A stretch of DNA of 11,354 nt from Carcharhinus longimanus (lineage: Eukaryota), in NCBI GenBank assembly GCA_030264375.1. It is one part of the record JASCQW010000072.1 of this genome. One strand, written 5' to 3'. Positions 7,828 to 11,354 of the stretch are shown here, one piece after another; positions within the stretch are counted from its first letter, which is position 1, and each line of letters starts with the position of its first letter. A model generated the notes under the pieces. It was not told the origin of the DNA, made no database searches, and saw only the letters and a list, made by a program, of their open reading frames with translations. The position numbers were made by a program, and so were the translations under genes.

Positions 7828-8718
7828 AGAAATGCTCCTTTACTGAATCCAAGCCAGTGAGTGGTTAAGCAACATTGGTGCTGAACTGAGTTTAGGATGA
7901 TGTGCCCTGTGAAATGTGCCCTAAATAATGAGCCTGTTACCCCTTATGTGATCTTTCAATTTGGTTCAGGTCAGGCTGTGCCAGCTGGCTTTGACAAGTG
8001 ATTAGAGTTCACTTGATTAAACTTCCAGGAACACCTTCACACAGGACTGGCAACCATAAAGACCAGTACACTGTTGATAGCACGCACTATTTAAGGTGTT
8101 TTTGGAATTCTTTTAATAACAAGCTAACATGTACACCATGTTGTCAACAAGAACACGTTTCTAGTTTGCGATTTATATTATTCTAAGTTTGATAAGCATA
8201 TAGGCGTGTATTTTCAGATCAATTGTTTGCTAATTATCAAGTTGCCAAATCTATTTTTTAAATTTTAAAACAGGCATAAGAACCTGAAAATGAGTTAACC
8301 AAAAATAAAATCCCTCTGAACAGCTGGAGCCTTGTTTTCAAAGAGCAGTCCCAGCACAGCAATTCCATAGGCCATTTCAGACTTGACTCCTTGTTTCTGG
8401 TGCCAGACTTTACAGGCTTTAACATCCTCCATTCAGTTTCAGTGTTCACCATTGTGGAGCTCATTCATTGAGGGAGGCAGAATGACAATAAACAAATGAT
8501 GGGATCACACACACGAGTTATGGAATTCTCTCTCATTTACTACATGCACTAAACGTTCCATCATTCCCAATTAGCTAGGGTCCTGTTTATCAAGGATTTG
8601 AGGTGTGATATTTTTCATGTTAAAGAGGATAATTATAGTCAAGGGGAGGCACGTTAACACTTCCCATTATATGAGCTTAAACTGTCTAGAAATGATTGCT
8701 TACCATACGGAGAGAAAA

Positions 8719-8746
8719 AATATGACCACCGCAATATGACCACTGC
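8719..8746. repeat. 14 bp tandem duplication
   Basis: aatatgaccaccgc (8719-8732) and aatatgaccactgc (8733-8746), 13/14 identical. Confidence 0.85.
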
Positions 8747-8909
8747 TCTTTTTAAAATCAGTCGGAAGGCTAACATGTATTTTAAACTATGTGATGTGAT
8801 CCAAGTTGGAAAAAAAAAATCAATCTGCCATCAGTTCTGCAATCTGTTGATACCAGTTCCCATCACTGATTTACAGACACACATTCAAATAGTAACAAGA
8901 AATGAAGGA

Positions 8910-9035
8910 AAAGAAACAGAAAAGGTTGGAAATCCTTAGCAAGTTAGACAGCATCTGTGAATACGGAAGAAGAGTTGACATTCGAAGATCTTTCAGGTGA
9001 CAGTCATCAACCTGAAATGTTAACTGTTTTTGTCA
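8910..9035. mobile_element. Decayed fold-back terminus of a Penelope-like or non-autonomous element with a hammerhead-like remnant
   Basis: Inverted repeats agttgacatt (8973-8982) / aatgttaact (9016-9025), 9/10, and tttcaggt (8991-8998) / acctgaaa (9010-9017), perfect. The left arm aaacagaaaaggttggaaatccttagcaagttagacagcatctgtg resembles a common shark palindromic repeat (recall). Confidence 0.6.
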
Positions 9036-9582
9036 GTACTCTCTTCCTCAGTAAACACCAGTATTCTAGCCTTGCCCTGAGCCTCCAAGCATATATCACC
9101 TCCATTGTCCCTAATATGCTCCACCCCTCTACCTACTACCCACTTATGATTTACATGCCGGTAGAAGAGCTTTGGCTCCCTCTTATATTAAAGACTATTC
9201 TATTTTCATTTTCACTTTATGTCAATCTTACTTTCCTTTTCACCTTCCCTCTCAACTTAATGTGACTATTGGTTAAACTAACTAAATTCTTAGGGAAACA
9301 GATAGTCCTTTCTTCGGAATCAGAGTTGTGAATTCTGATTACTTCCTAAGTAGATTATTCCAACTGTAGTAATTAAATATTCAATCAGTCGTTCTAGAAA
9401 ATGTTAACAGATTGTCACAGTGCATATGTAGGCTTCAGCACAGATAAACAACAAACGCTTGCGAGCCTCACAAAACGTTTTCCAATATTTAAAGTATAAA
9501 AATCAATCTTTTTTGTTTAAATGTCGTAAGGAATAGTAACCATTGCTTATAAGTGTATACATCTAGCACAGAAAGCATGAAA

Positions 9583-10000
9583 ACAGAATGACTTGCATTT
9601 ATAAAGCACCTGTTACAACCTCAGGATTTCCATAAGCTCTGTACAGTTAAAATACTTTTGAAGGGTAGTCATAGTCACTCTTAGATAAGGAATGTGGCAG
9701 ACAATTTGTGCACAGCAAGTCCCCACAAAGTGCAACATGAAAACGACCAGATAATCTTTTTTTTAAAATGTTGATTGAGAGAGAAATATTGGATCAGTAC
9801 AGGGATAACTTCCTGAGTTTTCCTTGAAATAATGCTCTGCAATCTTTCACATCTACTCAAGAGGGTAGGTGGGGTTTGGCATCCCATCCAAAAGGTGTTC
9901 CTGCAGCACTTCCTCATTACTGCACTTGTCAGTCTTGATTTTGGTGCCCAAACCCTTACTTAGCGGTGAGAGTACTGCCAGTTCAGCCACTGCTGGTACT
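9583..10000 (-). mobile_element. Deu-domain SINE (SacSINE1-like) with tRNA-derived head and L2-derived tail
   Basis: Minus-strand A box tggctgaactgg (9989-9978). The B box region appears deleted. The body has DeuSINE-like segments (ggcagacaatttgtgcacagcaag; cagcacttcctcattactgcact). The tail acttgcatttataaagcacc (9591-9610) matches the L2 tails in this window. Confidence 0.85.
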
Positions 10001-10115
10001 TCAAAACCTCAAGCCATTTGTTTGACAGGGGTATTATATATATATATTGTTTGTTGACTGATTGCCAACAAAATGCTTTGGTTTACAATGAAGTTCACAA
10101 AGCATAGTCTTGTTG

Positions 10116-10368
10116 TAGAACATAGAACATAGAACATTACAGCGCAGAACAGGCCCTTCGGCCCATGATGTTGCGCCGACCAGTTAAAAAANNNNNNNNN
10201 NNNNNNNNNNNNNNNNNNNNNNNNNNNNNNNNNNNNNNNNNNNNNNNNNNNNNNNNNNNNNNNNNNNNNNNNNNNNNNNNNNNNNNNNNNNCCAATTTCC
10301 TAGACTACCCTCAATCCCATACATCTGCATTTTCTGCAGAAGCCTACCATGGTGAACCTTATCAAACG
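10116..10368 (-). mobile_element. Relatively young CR1/HER1-type LINE, 5'-truncated in the RT domain, with the middle hidden in a 100 N gap
   Basis: Perfect (TAGAACA)x3 tail at 10116-10136, ggcc-cttc-ggcc stem-loop and intact CpGs. Right of the gap the minus strand gives FDKVHHGRLLQKMQMYGIEG, the RT motif AFDKVPHxRLLxKlxxxGI. Confidence 0.85.
10192..10291. other. Assembly gap (100 N, the conventional unknown-size marker)
   Basis: N run of exactly 100. Confidence 0.98.
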
Positions 10369-10467
10369 TTGTGGTGGAACCTGGCCCGGGAGATCTGGCA
10401 GCCCAGCCAAAAATCCATTGTGTTTTGGCGGGATCCCAACAGTGGGCGGGGATGGAACATCCCACCC
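10369..10467. mobile_element. Fragment of a small GC-rich MITE with one Harbinger-like end
   Basis: Ends in ggaacatcccaccc (10454-10467; reverse complement gggtgggatgttcc), similar in style to the TIRs at 77 and 985. No partner TIR found. Confidence 0.45.
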
Positions 10468-10597
10468 ATAGACACATATCCAACACGATTCTCTTATCCT
10501 GCTCAGCTGGTACCACTAGAAGGTCCTTTCAGGACAAGTAATTCAAGCACAGATGCACAAAGGTACCAAAAATCAATAGGTTCAATAGTTCTGATCG

Positions 10598-10910
10598 TTT
10601 TTATGAAATTCATTCTCAGTATGCGGGCATTGCTGGAAAGGTCAACAATTATCGCCCATCATGAAATACCCTTAAAAGGTAGTAGTAGGCCTTCATGAGC
10701 CACTGCAGTTCATATGTTCCCACAATGCTGTTAACTAGGGAGCTCCTGGATTTTGACCAAGGAAAGGTAATAATTGTCTAAGTCAGGATGACGTGTGATG
10801 TAAAGGGAAACATGGAAATGATGGTTCTCCCATGCACCTGCTGAGCCTTTACTTCCAAACAGTAAAGGTCACAGGTTTTGGAGATGATGCCAAAGGAGCC
10901 TAAGGGAGCT
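10598..10910 (-). mobile_element. 3' end of a further CR1/L2-group LINE family, decayed
   Basis: Minus strand aaatccaggagctcccta gives KSRSSL, a decayed KSWNSLP. The A-rich 3' end is near 10598. Overall resemblance to an abundant shark LINE 3' end (recall). Confidence 0.65.
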
Positions 10911-11237
10911 CACAACTCTTGGTGTCCTTCAGCACCTATCTTGCTGGTGATTGTTGTCGTGATATGATGCACACGTACCTGAAAGGATGTATGATTGGTA
11001 TATTGACGTTGAATAGAACAACATAACAATTGCAGGGAAGGTTTCCTATTACACTAAAACCACAGGACACAAGTAGTACCTTGGCTGCACAGTAGCCACT
11101 TGCCCATGGTGCCTGCACACCCTTGGATACCTTGGTCAAGGATCAGTGTGTCAAAAAATCTTGAGATGAAGAAAGAAAGAACAAGCACATGATAAGTAAT
11201 TAAAGCTTCATCTCACATCCCTAATCAATGAAATAAA

Positions 11238-11354
11238 CTTAGGTCCTGAGGTGGAGCAGACCAATTTTCTCATATCTGTCCACGCATGTGGCCTTGATGA
11301 TGACAACTTTCTGTTTGACCTGAGCCTTTCGAATAGAACTTCCACTGAGGTTTT
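11238..11354 (-). mobile_element. Possible decayed RTE-clade LINE C-terminus
   Basis: A minus frame reads ...KATCVDRYEKIGLLHLRT*, resembling the RTE terminal motif CxxCGRxCxSRIGLxSHxRT. Truncated by the window edge. Confidence 0.3.

Noticed and set aside
8258-8464. 68 aa minus-strand ORF and alternative open frames as a coding exon
   Set aside because: No recognisable protein motif and no convincing pair of splice sites.
1-11354. CRISPR array or prokaryotic operon/defence system
   Set aside because: No regularly spaced repeat-spacer units and no gene-dense coding structure; the content is eukaryotic transposon relics.

Overview
Repeat-dense, non-coding vertebrate genomic DNA (intronic or intergenic) with three assembly gaps (3975-4461, 7045-7104, 10192-10291). 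The mix of decayed CR1 and L2 LINE ends, a Deu-domain SINE, a second tRNA-derived SINE, Penelope-like remnants and GGG...CCC-ended DNA transposons looks most like a cartilaginous fish (shark). That assignment is an inference from recalled family features, not a database result. No listed ORF is a credible host gene; the meaningful ones are LINE ORF2 or Penelope endonuclease relics. The most notable structure is a Penelope-like element whose minimal hammerhead ribozyme is split by a ~1.13 kb TG-initiated, LTR-like insertion: the CTGATGA core lies at 7108-7114 and the rest at 5946-5970, and the two halves rejoin cleanly. Other points are a 909 bp TIR element with a 3 bp TSD, several nested insertions, a second hammerhead-like remnant and a 24 bp duplication across a gap. 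I see no evidence of a wholly new biological system; the findings are locus-level transposon history.
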